Assembly (NCBI RefSeq): GCF_009914755.1
Contig: NC_060929.1
Reading direction: 5' to 3' (one strand)
Source: the human T2T-CHM13v2.0 reference genome, Homo sapiens
Length of the DNA: 64,000 nucleotides
In this document: positions 13,961 to 24,190 of the stretch, one piece after another
Layout of the letters: the number at the start of each line of letters is the position of its first letter
How positions within the stretch are numbered: position 1 is the first letter of the stretch
Program-made: the position numbers and the translations under genes
Notes under the pieces: model-generated
Told to the model about the DNA's origin: nothing
What the model saw: only the letters and a program-made list of their open reading frames with translations
Databases searched by the model: none

Positions 13961-15295
13961 ATAATGTTAAATAAGCAGAGGACCCAGAAGGCATCATTAG
14001 TCATTACTTTTATGATAAGTACAAAGTGTATAGTTGTATATACACATGGACTACGTATTTTAATGTATTTTTTATAATTTTTTTCTTATTTGTCTTGTTC
14101 TTGATTGAAGCATTTATGTATGCATACATATATGCTTCATAATAAGGAAGTAGCTCCCCATTCTTATCTGAATAAGTAAGTTATATTTATTTAGATTATT
14201 CAAAGGCATGATAAAACAGAAAATTCCAAATTACTTTTATCTAAGAAATATAATATTTATCCCCAAACCTGCAACAAAAAAATTAGTGACAAACAGTATT
14301 TTAAACAATCAATCATGTAAATATATTTACTAGAGTATTAGGGAAAATGATTACAAGACAACATTTAGACATAATATGTTATAATCACTTGAGTTTTAAT
14401 GCAGGAATTCAAAAGATTTTAGGAAATCATAATTCAATTCATAATAGTATAGGAGCTGAGGAGAATAAATTAAATTGATAATCTACGAGATACAGAAAAG
14501 TATCTGAACTTAATTTACACTTCTGAAATCACTTAATTTTGCTTATATCTGGTCCTTCTACTTTGTTTGGCTTTGCTGCTGTTTTCTGACACTGGTGTTT
14601 ATAGTTATATAGTATTATGTTGATATATGTGTCTAATACTATAATATTCCTCTGATACCTGATTTTGCTGAATTCCTTAGATTGTAGTTTATTAGCTTTG
14701 CATTATCATTACACTTTAAAAAATTATAATTTACCTAATTTTTTTCTTTGAATCAAGGGTATTTAATATAGCATCTTTATTGGTGCTTATATATTTTAAA
14801 TTTTTGCAGCAAGTAGCATTTTGATTTTGTTATTAATTTATCCTATTTTTATCCACAAAATTTATTTATATTATTTCTTTACATTTCTTGTGTTGTTCTT
14901 TTCAGTCAAGCTGTTAGAAAACTTTTGTGAATCTTCCAAGTATATTCCAAATATAGTGGTTATTTTTGTAACACACAAATTTTCATCTGAAAGTATATTG
15001 TTTTAAGCAACAAATCAAATTTTAGTGCGAGTACAGCATTCCTTCCCCCGCAAAAAAAAACTCTACTCCAGAAAAAGAACAAAGAGAAAGAAACTCATAT
15101 AAAATACTAAGTAATCAAAGCAGCACATATAAAAAGTCTTTCCTTTTTGAATTTGTCTTTATTTCTCCTTGAATCTTTTGCTGTTTCATCTTTATATCAG
15201 TTGTCGCTATGTACTGTGGATTGTAGCCTTTTGCATTATAAAGTATCCAGTTTTGTCTCTTCATTCTTTTGATCAGATTTCTACCTTTACATATA

Positions 15296-17970
15296 AAGGC
15301 ATAACTCAGAGATACTGGGGGTTTCATGGTAGACCACTGCAATAAAGCACATTTCAAAAAAAAGGGAATCACATCATTTTTTAAATTTTGTAGTGTATAC
15401 AAAGTTATATTTAAAGAACATTGTAATCTATTAAGTATGCAATTGCATTATATATCAAATTATTTACATACCTTAATTAAAAATACTTTATTGCCAAAAA
15501 TAGTAATGATCATCTGAGCCTTGAAGGAGTCATATATTTTTTTTTTTGCTGGTGGAGAGTTTTGCATCGATGTTGATGGCTACTAACTGATCAGCCTGGT
15601 GGTTGTTGAAGATTGGGATGGCTATGAAATCAGGAATGATTTTTCTGTAACATGCAATGCTGTTTGACAGCATTTTAACCACAGTAGAACTTCTTTCAAA
15701 ATTTCAGTCAATCACCTCAAACCCTGGTGGCTACTTTACAAATAAGTTTGTGGAATATTCAAAATCCTTTATTGACCTTTCAACAACGTTCACAGAATCT
15801 TCCCCAGGATTGGATTTCATCTCAAGAAATCATTTTCTTTTCTGTCCATAAGAAACAACTCTTCATCCATTCAAGCTTTATCATCATATTGCACCAATTC
15901 AGTCACATCTTTAGGTTTCATGTTTAATTCTAGCTATCTTTCATATGACTAATCTGACACATCTGTAGTTGTTTCCTCCAATGAAGTCTTGAACCCCTCA
16001 AAGTCATTCATTAGGGTTGGAATCAACTCTTTGTCCCAGATCCATCAGAAGCATCACTATTTATCTCAGCTATAGCTTTGCAAAATGTATTTCTTAAATA
16101 ATAAGACTTGAAAGTTGAAATTACTTCTTCATCCACTGGCTGCAGAATGGATGTTGTATTAGTAGGCATGAAAGCAATATTAACCTCCATGTACATCTCC
16201 ATGAGAGCTCTTGGGTGACTAGGTACATTGTCAATAAGCAGTAAAATTTTGAAGGGAATCTTTTTCTTTTTTCTTTTTGCCTGAGAGGTAGGTCTCTGCA
16301 GTGGGTTTATAATACTCAGTAAACCATATTGTAAAGAGATGTGCTGTCATCCAGGCTTTTATTTTTTTCCATTTATATAGCATATCAGAGTAGAATTCGC
16401 ATCACTGTTTTCCCTAGGATTTTTAAAGTGGTCATTGAGTATTGGTTTCAACATAAAGTCATAGCTACATTAGTTCCTATCAAAAGAATCAGTCTGTCCT
16501 TTGAAGTTTTTAAGCCAAGCATTGGCTTCTCTCTAGCTATGAAAGTCCTAGATGGCATCTCCTTCTGATATAAGGCAGTTTTGTCTACATTAAAAAATCT
16601 TGTTAGTGTAGTCACCTGCATCAGTGATGTTAACTAGATCTTTTGGATAAGCTGCTGCAGCTTCTCCAGCAACACTTGCTGCTTCATCTTGCACATTATG
16701 TTATGAAGATGACCTCTCTCCTTACACCTCATGAACCAACCTCTGCTACCTTCCAACTTGTTTCCTACAGCTTCCTCACCTCTCTTAGGCTTCAATAAAT
16801 TGAAGAGAGTTAGCATCTTGCCTGGAATTAGGTTTTGGCTAAACAGAGTGTTGTGTCTGGTTTGATAGTCCATTGAGAACACTCAAACTTACTCTACATC
16901 AGCATAAGGCTGTTTCAGTTACTTATCATTCATGTGTTCACTGGAGTCACACTTTTAATTTCCTTCAAGAACTTTTCCTTTGTTTTCACTGCTTGGCTAA
17001 CTGTCAGGTATAAGAGACCTAGCTTTCAGTCTGTCTCTGCTTCTGTCCTATCTTAGCTTTCAACATGCCTTCCTCAATAAGCTCAATCATTTCTATCTTT
17101 TGATTTAAAATGAGGGGCATGTGACTCTTCCTATCAGTTGAATAGTTAGAGCCCACTGTAGGTCTATTAATTGGCCTAATTTCAATATTCTTCTGTTTCA
17201 GGAACTAGGGAGGCCTGAGTAGAAATAGAGAGATGAGGGAGAGAGCTGTCAGTGGGGGAGCAGAAAATAAACATGTATTGATTGAGTTCACCATCTTATA
17301 TAGGTAGAATTTTTGGTGCCCCCAAACCATTACAATAGTAACATCCTAACAAGAATACAGCAAAAAAAACTAACATAACTCTCACTCTAGTTGTGTTTAA
17401 GAGGTCTTTACCCATACCTGCATGTAGACTAGGATAATTTTAGAGCACTGAGATAATATGCAAAAACAGCAATCATGTAGTTTTTAAAACTAACTCTGAG
17501 ATTAAAGAGAAAGTATGAAAACAGCTAACTATGTTTTGTTACAGATATATATGAGCATTGTGATCTGACCAAGGTTAAAGACATTCCCAGTCTACTCAAA
17601 CCCTCACTGGTGCCCAGATGTCTGTGGTTGTTGGTCACCTCTTGATAACAACCTCTTTCTCTTTGCCCAGCCTTAACATAAAAAGACCCTGAAATATGTT
17701 TTGACTTAAGACAGCACCTTAGGATACTAGTCCACCATCTTCTCAGATTACTGGCTCTCCAGATAAACCTGCTTTCTTCCCGCCATCGCTCCTCTCCTGT
17801 GTTTGGCTTTTGACAGGTGAGCAGCTGAACCTGGGTTTGATGACAACATCGAGGGTCACTGATCACAGATCACCATAACAAATATAATAATAATAAAAAC
17901 TTTGAAATTTTGCAAGGATTATAAAAATGTGACACCCAAACCGAAAGTGAGCACATATGTTGGAAAATAT
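15296..17970 (-). mobile_element. Tigger1 DNA transposon (near full length, degraded), interrupted by an LTR
   Basis: Terminus aggcataactcagagatactggg..agaccactgcaataaagc after TA; transposase remnant in ORF 16634-16882 (LEGSRGWFMRCKERGHLHNI); ends in gtgagcacatatgttggaaaat. Confidence 0.92.
17346..17845 (+). mobile_element. ERV1 solo LTR (MER31/MER67/MER39-like) nested in Tigger1
   Basis: Splits the Tigger1 sequence tacaatagtaacatc|..cactgatcacagatc with an acatc duplication; ends gagcagctgaacctgggtttgatgaca. Confidence 0.7.
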
Positions 17971-18522
17971 TTGAAGAACATCTAAATATATTAATAGAAT
18001 AAAAAATCTATAATCCAAAACAGCATAATTAGAAAATAATAGACATTTTTAATAAAGATTGAGAAAAAAGATGTGAAGAAAATATCATACAGACCCACTT
18101 GCAATTTGAAATTATAGAAAATATTTCATCAATGAAGACTAAATTAAAACACAAAAGCTAAAAACCCAGTGTAAGCCATAAAAATATAAGAGAGAAGGAA
18201 AATATAAAGAAATGAATAGAAAACATAAAACTATTTCAAAAATTCTAAAGAATTAATTAATTTGTAGAGGTTGAAAATAAATTATAGATTAAGACTTACT
18301 AGAAAAACACATGTCAGAGAATGGTGGATGAGTAATGGAGGGAAACATGGTTTCCTTAGTAAATACTTCTTGTCTATGCTACATTCCTTCTTGCTGGTCT
18401 TCAAATATTTTTGTGTGTCCTTTTTCCCACACAAAGAACAAACTTAATCCATGCTGGGAAAAATAGTCCAAAAGTTTCATCCTGTCAGTTCATCTAGCTT
18501 AATGCCCAGGATTTGATTCTTA

Positions 18523-18622
18523 CACAGCATACTTTGTTAATTGTGCTTTGGTGATACTGCTCTTTCTATAAAATGAAGGTTTGTGCAACTCTGTGTCCAA
18601 CAAGTCTATTTTTCCAATGCAT
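18523..18622 (+). mobile_element. Tigger1 5'-terminal fragment, in the opposite orientation to the main element
   Basis: ta-cacagcatactttgtt..gatactgc..aaatgaaggtttgtgcaactctgtgtccaacaagtctatttttccaa matches the start of Tigger1 as recalled. Confidence 0.8.
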
Positions 18623-20004
18623 GTTAAAAATGTTAGAGCAAGTTACACCTTCAGGTGTAATATTGAAGTCAAATGTTTTCTAACACCACGTTTAAATCCA
18701 TCACTATCATTAATCACAAAACCTCACCTTTGCCACAGATAAGTTGCGGTTAGTACAATTCCTGAAATTAATCAGCTTCAGTAATGGCCTAGAAAATCAC
18801 CTTTTAAAAAATGTCTGCAATGACTGCCAGTGTTTTTCATCTGGTTTATTATAGTGCCCAGTAGTTCATCAAGTTTTGGGAAGACTATTTAAAGTGGCAC
18901 TCTCCACCACCCGTCATCTAAAAGAAGGTGCTCATTTTCCTTGTTTCATTAATTATTTGCAAACAATTACAAAACTAAAATCTTTCTTTCTGGAAACTTC
19001 TCAGTGGTTGGGTGTCTCCCAACTATATCATGACTTTATGTCTCTGATCCTCACCTTCATGACTAAGATAACCTTGTCTCTGCCTGACAGAGGATGGATA
19101 GAATATACCCATGCTGCACTGTTAGAAGAAATGACCTTTACAATCTTAAGCAGTGAGAATATTAGTAACATAGATAATAACATATTTGCAATGTGACTCA
19201 TACCAAACCTTCAAATTTTAGTTCTTCTAATACTGTAAGTGTGGATGGTATGGGGGTATGTACATGTGTGTGTGAAATCCTGTGAATCAGGCATGTATTG
19301 AGCTAAAATCAATTTAGTGAATACCAGTTCACTAAAAACCAATTGAACAAAATTTTGATTCACTAAAATTTTGTATATATTACATATTTATAAAGTTTAT
19401 AGATTATTACTTCAACAGGTTTCAAATTGTTTTGAACATTCTTTTGAGGTTTCAATTTCCCAGTAGCTCTTTCATCTTAGCAACTGTGTTATATTTGTTT
19501 AGTAGTCAAAATTGTCCCTGTTTTATTGAATAAAATGATAAGAATATAATAGTATGTTGATTTCTGCTTCCAAATACTGAGCATATTTCAGATGCTTAAA
19601 TGATATACAAAGTAGTGTTTCTATCAAGCAAGCTAAGAAAATGGTAAGTAAGAAAAAATAAGAAGACATTAAATATTGTGAAAATCTATTGGAGAAAGAA
19701 ACTTGCTTCACGTATTATGCTTGAATTTCAAAAAATATCTATATAACTCTCATCTTGCAATGTCATATTTCCCAAAGTACTGAAAATTATACTCTGGAAT
19801 TAACTAAATTTTATTCTGCAGTGGCAAAATTATTTCAGCTGTATTAATATTAATTATATTAAGCTATGTGATGATTTTAAAGAATATCACAGGTAGTAAA
19901 ATATCCTAGACACAATGAATAAAAAAGTAGTTGAGAGGGTAATTTTGTGAATAAATTTTTGGTAATGACCATTTTGTAAATTAAAAATAACTAGCCTTTA
20001 ATGG

Positions 20005-20150
20005 TCAAATATAATCCTATGTGGAGGTCCTATTTTACCACCCATAAAGATAAGTAAAGTGAGGCAGAAAGAGTTTAAGTAATTTGCCCAAATGCATTCT
20101 TCAAATAATGTGGAAGATTAGAAGCATGCCTTTAGAACTTGTACTATATT
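20005..20150 (-). mobile_element. MIR fragment
   Basis: aatcctatg..agataagtaaagtgaggcagaaagagtttaagtaatttgcccaa. Confidence 0.7.
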
Positions 20151-20638
20151 GCTACCTGATTTGTGCTGAATTGACTTTCTGTGACTTTCTCTCTCCCTAA
20201 TTGGTCAGCTAACTAAATGATTTTTTGCAAATTGATTTCACTAAACAATTAGTACATAGTTAAGATATTTGGACCTATAAGGAAAATAATATCCTATCAC
20301 ATGCTCAGTAAAAGTTTATAGTAGCGTATCATTTTCAATCTTTGAAGCATTTTGTCTTTCTATCTATATACCATCCATCTATCTATCACCAATCTGTTAT
20401 CATTTATCTACTGTATCTAGAATGGTCCAAAGTGAAATAAAGCTGAGGTAGCAATTTCCAATATCAGTATAGGATAGATGGCTCTCAAGATACATCCAGT
20501 GAGGTAGGTAGGGGAATTGGAGTCACTGTATTTCACTTGAGGTTAAGCTCCTGCTTATAATTATAGATAATGTGACTATATAAGCAAACATACCAACATG
20601 TTTTCCATATGCCAAATATTAATTCATTATTTTTCAAT

Positions 20639-20656
20639 AAAATACATATATCTTTT
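20639..20656 (+). repeat. Left target-site duplication of the EZHIP retrocopy
   Basis: aaaatacatatatctttt versus aaaatacatgtatttttt at 22475-22492 (16/18; 19/21 if the following aaa is included). Confidence 0.8.
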
Positions 20657-21600
20657 AAACAAAACCAACACTTTCATTTTACTAATTACAATATTTCACT
20701 ATGGAAAGGCAACTTGGAAAACAGAAATCTCAGCTCAGGGGCAAAGGCAAACTCTCTTGAGAAAGAAGGTAGCCCAGAATCAAAGGCCAACAGCAGGTAA
20801 GTGCTAGGTGGTGGAGTTATGGGGAGGGGAGGCTTCAAAACTACTCAGGATTTCGGTTAATGGCTGGAACTTTGGGAGACCTCACAGGTAACCACAGGGC
20901 AGGCAGGCCATTCACAAAGTGGGTAGATGTTGATTCCTTCTGTGAGTCTTAGAGGATGCTCACAGAGGGTCACAGCTCAGGTGGTGTAGTGGGGTGCGCT
21001 GTTTTCTCTTTCGGCCTACTCTCCTGGAGGGGCAGGGCTCGGAACATAAAGCTCTGGCATCAAGGCACGCCTAAGGCTATCAGGGCTAAGAGTGGAGATA
21101 GATCTCAGGCCCAAAATCCTAGGGGAAGAGGAAGAGGAACTCTGCTCAGAAAACTTAGATGGGAGGAGGAGCTGGAAGCACCAGAGGAGGAGGAGCTCTC
21201 ATTGCTGATGGATGGGAAGGAAGAACCTCCCAGGTGGAGAGGGTGAGGAGGCATGCATACGGACTGCATGCCAACCAGGCGGGGAAGCACTTCTTGGGAC
21301 CTCAGGATCAGAAGAGCCTGAGCTGCTCTGAAAGGCCAGCTGTCCTAAGCCAGCCCCATGGGAAAGCGTGTTCTCATCAGCTGGCCCAAGCTGAGAGCGG
21401 CGGCTGAGAAGGGCTGATCTTCGCTGGGTGGAACGGCTCCGGAGGGCAGTGCCTGGCGTCATGCTGGTGCTGTGACGAGCAGGGCTTGACCTTGCTGTGC
21501 GGCCGCGAAGGGCAGGGCCTGGGGGGTTGCCACAGCGTTGGAGGGCAGGGCTTGGCCCGGATGCACCTCTGCGGTAAGCAGGGACTGGCGGGGTGGCTCG
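20657..21600 (-). pseudogene. EZHIP: EZHIP (CXorf67) retrocopy, 3' (non-inverted) half: C-terminal coding region and 3'UTR
   Basis: Minus-strand translation GPALRGRTARS..TPGTALRSRSTQRRSALLSRRS..DPEVP..SPPGWHAVRMHASSPSPPGRFFLPIHQQ; then, after frameshifts, ESSSSSGASS, LGLRSISTLSPDSLRRALMPELY..PPGE* and PTTPPEL* (stop 20970-20972). All are collinear with human EZHIP as recalled. An AGTAAA poly(A)-signal variant lies at ~20678-20683. Confidence 0.93.
21199..21462 (-). CDS. Putative 87-aa ORF containing the EZHIP K27M-like PRC2-inhibitory peptide; expression unknown
   Basis: Open ATG..TGA frame from the ORF track with A at -3; the motif WHAVRMHASSP is encoded at 21273-21241. Confidence 0.25.
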   Translation of the reverse strand: MTPGTALRSRSTQRRSALLSRRSQLGPADENTLSHGAGLGQLAFQSSSGSSDPEVPRSASPPGWHAVRMHASSPSPPGRFFLPIHQQ

Positions 21601-22470
21601 GAGAAAGAGCAGATGCAGTAGCAGGACACAGTGCCCGGAAGGCAGAACAATGAGGCTGCCCCTGCCTCCGGTGATGGCTGTGGGACCGGGAATGAAGATC
21701 CTGTTGCTTCTGTCCCACCTTCTCCTGTGACGCGTCTCCCTGCGGCAGCGCCGCGCTGAGGTGCCACACTGCTGGTTCCAACACCGCAGCCGCCACCGCC
21801 GCCGCCATTTTCGTGGCGGATGAGGGCCCGTGGCTGCCCTTCATGGCTGCTGTGCCGGCGAAGAGGCATTCTGACCTCCAGGGCTGCCGCAGGCCTCACC
21901 ATGTCCTTGGATGTGTGATGCCCTACGGGGACAGCCAGGCCGCTGTGGGGCCACCCCCGAAGGCCACTGGCCACTCCGACGAGCACCCGGCCCAGACCAA
22001 GAGCCCTGCAAACAACCGTCATAGGAAGCGGCCAGGCCGCAACCAGGCTGTCGCAGCTCAGAGGCCTCCAGGGCGGGGTCTGTTTCCTCGGCCTTTGCAG
22101 CCATCTTCTCCAGGGTCCCAGCCTAGCAGCCGTTGCGGTTCCCGGGCTTCTGTGTCGAGTCAGGCAACGCAGCCAGGCCCTGCACTCCTCAGCCATGCAT
22201 CTGGGCCAAGCCATGCATCTGGGCCAAGCCCTGCTCGCCGAAGCAGCATCGTTCTGCCAGGTCCTGCTCTCCGCAGACGTGCATCTGGTTCAGGCCCTGC
22301 CATCCGACGCTGCACCACCCAGTCAGGCCCTGCTCTTCCACGCCGCGCCACTCATCCAGGCCCAGCTCGCCGAGGCCGTGCACCCGCGCCGGGCTCTGAT
22401 CTCCGCAGCCATGCCTGACTGGGTGGCCTTAACGCCAGGTTCTCCCTCAGAGAGCAGGAATGCGGCTGCT
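21400..22470. promoter_or_regulatory. GC/CpG-rich island derived from EZHIP coding sequence
   Basis: Numerous CpGs (e.g. gccgccaccgccgccgcc) against a CpG-depleted, AT-rich background; regulatory function not shown. Confidence 0.45.
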
Positions 22471-22474
22471 AGTC
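21601..22474 (+). pseudogene. EZHIP: EZHIP (CXorf67) retrocopy, inverted 5' half
   Basis: EKEQMQ*QD..NNEAAPASGDGCGTGNEDPVASV, a frameshift, then AAIFVADE..RHSDLQGCRRPH..SQAAVGP..KATGHSDEHPAQTKSP..PPGRGLFP..SSQATQPGPALLSHAS..ALRRRASG..PGPARRGRA. This matches the EZHIP N-terminal half from about residue 8. The start ATG is lost and there is a TAG at 21619-21621. Confidence 0.93.
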
Positions 22475-22492
22475 AAAATACATGTATTTTTT
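22475..22492 (+). repeat. Right target-site duplication of the EZHIP retrocopy, ending at an L1 endonuclease site TTTT/AA
   Basis: aaaatacatgtatttttt|aaag, exactly where GC content drops. Confidence 0.8.
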
Positions 22493-23043
22493 AAAGACCT
22501 ACAAATGTGTCTACAGTTCAGGGCACCATTTTCTTGGTTTCAGTCAGAACATTTCTTTAATTAAGGCATAGATAATTGGATGTTTTTCATTTAGGCAGTC
22601 ACGTCTAGACCCCCAGAGCCCCATCACAGAGGTTGGCACAGATGTAAAATGTGATAGCATGTACCTATTAACAATGGGTAAACATTGGAAGGGCCTAATG
22701 AACTATTCCTTTCCCTAATCATATCTCTCAAGTGTCACAACCCTCATGCACTCAAATACTCTCTATAATTTCCAGATGTGGTAGATAAATATGGCAAAAG
22801 TCTTGCTCTTTGTGACATTGCCTGCATCAAATGAGTAGCGACTCAATCCTTTTTATTTCAGCATAGCTACATAATGATGTCATCTTCATTTGATTTCTAA
22901 TGTCTCCTCTTTGTTCCTTTTGTTTGCATTGCCTGTATCTTTACTTGTCCCTTTATTTTCAACCAGTTAACTTTGTTGTCAGTGTGCTTTCTAGCACGTA
23001 TAAATAAATATTTTGCTGATTAGCACAATATGTGCCATGATAG

Positions 23044-23736
23044 TCAGAGGTGAAGCCAGCTGGACTTCCTGGGTCAAGTGGGGACTTGGAGAACTTCTGT
23101 CTAGCTAAAGGATTGTAAACACACCAATGAGCACTCTGTAAAAACACACCAATCAGCGCTGTGTGTCTAGCTAAAGGATTGTAAACGCACCAATCAGCAC
23201 TCTATAAAAACGCCCTAATCAGCACTCTGTGTCTAGCTAAAGGATTGTAAGTGCACCAATCAGCACGCTGTAAAAATGCACCAATCAGCACTCTGTGTCT
23301 AGCTAAAGGATTGTAAACGCACCAATCAGCACTCTGTAAAATGGACCAATCAGCAGGACATGGGAGGGGACAAATAAATGAATAGAAGTTGGCCACCCCA
23401 GACAGCAGCAGCAACCCATCGGGGAGCCCCTTCCATGCTGTGGGGGCTTTGTTCTTTCGCTCTTCACAATAAGTCTTGCTGCTGCTCACTCTTTGGGTCT
23501 GCACCACCTTTAAGAGCTGTAAAATTCACCACGAAGGTCTGCAGCTTCATTCTTGAAGTCAGTGAGACCATGAACTCACTGGAAGGAAGAAACTCCAGAC
23601 ACATCTAAAGGAACAAACTCCAGACACACCATCTTTAAGAGCTGTAACACTCACCGCGAAGGTCCGCGGCTTCATGGCTTCATTCTTGAAGTCAGCAAGA
23701 CCAAGAACCCACCGGAAGGAACCAACTCAGGACACA
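23044..23736 (+). mobile_element. LTR12 (LTR12F-like, ERV9) solo LTR
   Basis: Starts t(c)agaggtgaagccagctggacttcctggg; tandem gtctagctaaaggattgtaaa..caccaatcagcact units; ends ggacaca; 4-bp TSD atag (23040-43 / 23737-40). Confidence 0.95.
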
Positions 23737-23859
23737 ATAGGAGTAATCAGAACATTAATATGTAGAATGTTAACTTCTGTGTTTTTGATTTCTGCATAGG
23801 GGAGAGCCATTCTCATAATTATTTACATAATGGAAGATTCTGTCTTATAGTTCTTAAGG

Positions 23860-24190
23860 ACTAGATTCTCTTTTTGAACTTTAAAAAGTGAGGTTTCAGG
23901 TTGTGAGACGGCCTGTGAAAGAGTCATCTGCCAGGGAACTACAGGCAGCCTCCAGGAGCTAAGAGCAGCCAGCGAGAAAGCAGGGACCTCGGTTCTGCAA
24001 CTGCAAGGAACTGAATTCTGCCAACAATTGCATAGTTTTAGAAGAGAACACTGTGCTCTAGAAAGAAGTAATGCCTGATAGAGACATGTGTTGCAGCCCT
24101 GCAACTCTCTGAGCAGAGGGACCAGCTAAGGCGCACCAGGACTCTCTGACTCACAAAAGCTAGAAGATAATCAATAGATGCTGTTCTGAA
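23860..24190 (+). mobile_element. MLT1E/F-like LTR fragment
   Basis: ggcagcctccaggagctaagagc..aactgcaaggaactgaattctgccaacaa..gagcagagggaccagctaag. Confidence 0.75.

Noticed and set aside
21377-22214. 155-aa and 251-aa minus-strand ORFs crossing the inversion junction
   Set aside because: These are antisense or out-of-frame readings of GC-rich EZHIP sequence with no recognisable protein; long ORFs are expected by chance at this GC content.
21813-22418. 201-aa ORF as a functional EZHIP-like protein
   Set aside because: It starts at GTG, is preceded by a stop and a frameshift, and lacks the PRC2-binding motif, which is on the other strand. Treated as a pseudogene remnant.
20657-22474. The authentic EZHIP gene
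   Set aside because: Split across strands, with internal stops, frameshifts, a lost start codon and a TSD.
23095-23355. Regularly spaced repeats resembling a CRISPR array
   Set aside because: These are the known LTR12 U3 tandem units; there are no unique spacers and the context is eukaryotic.
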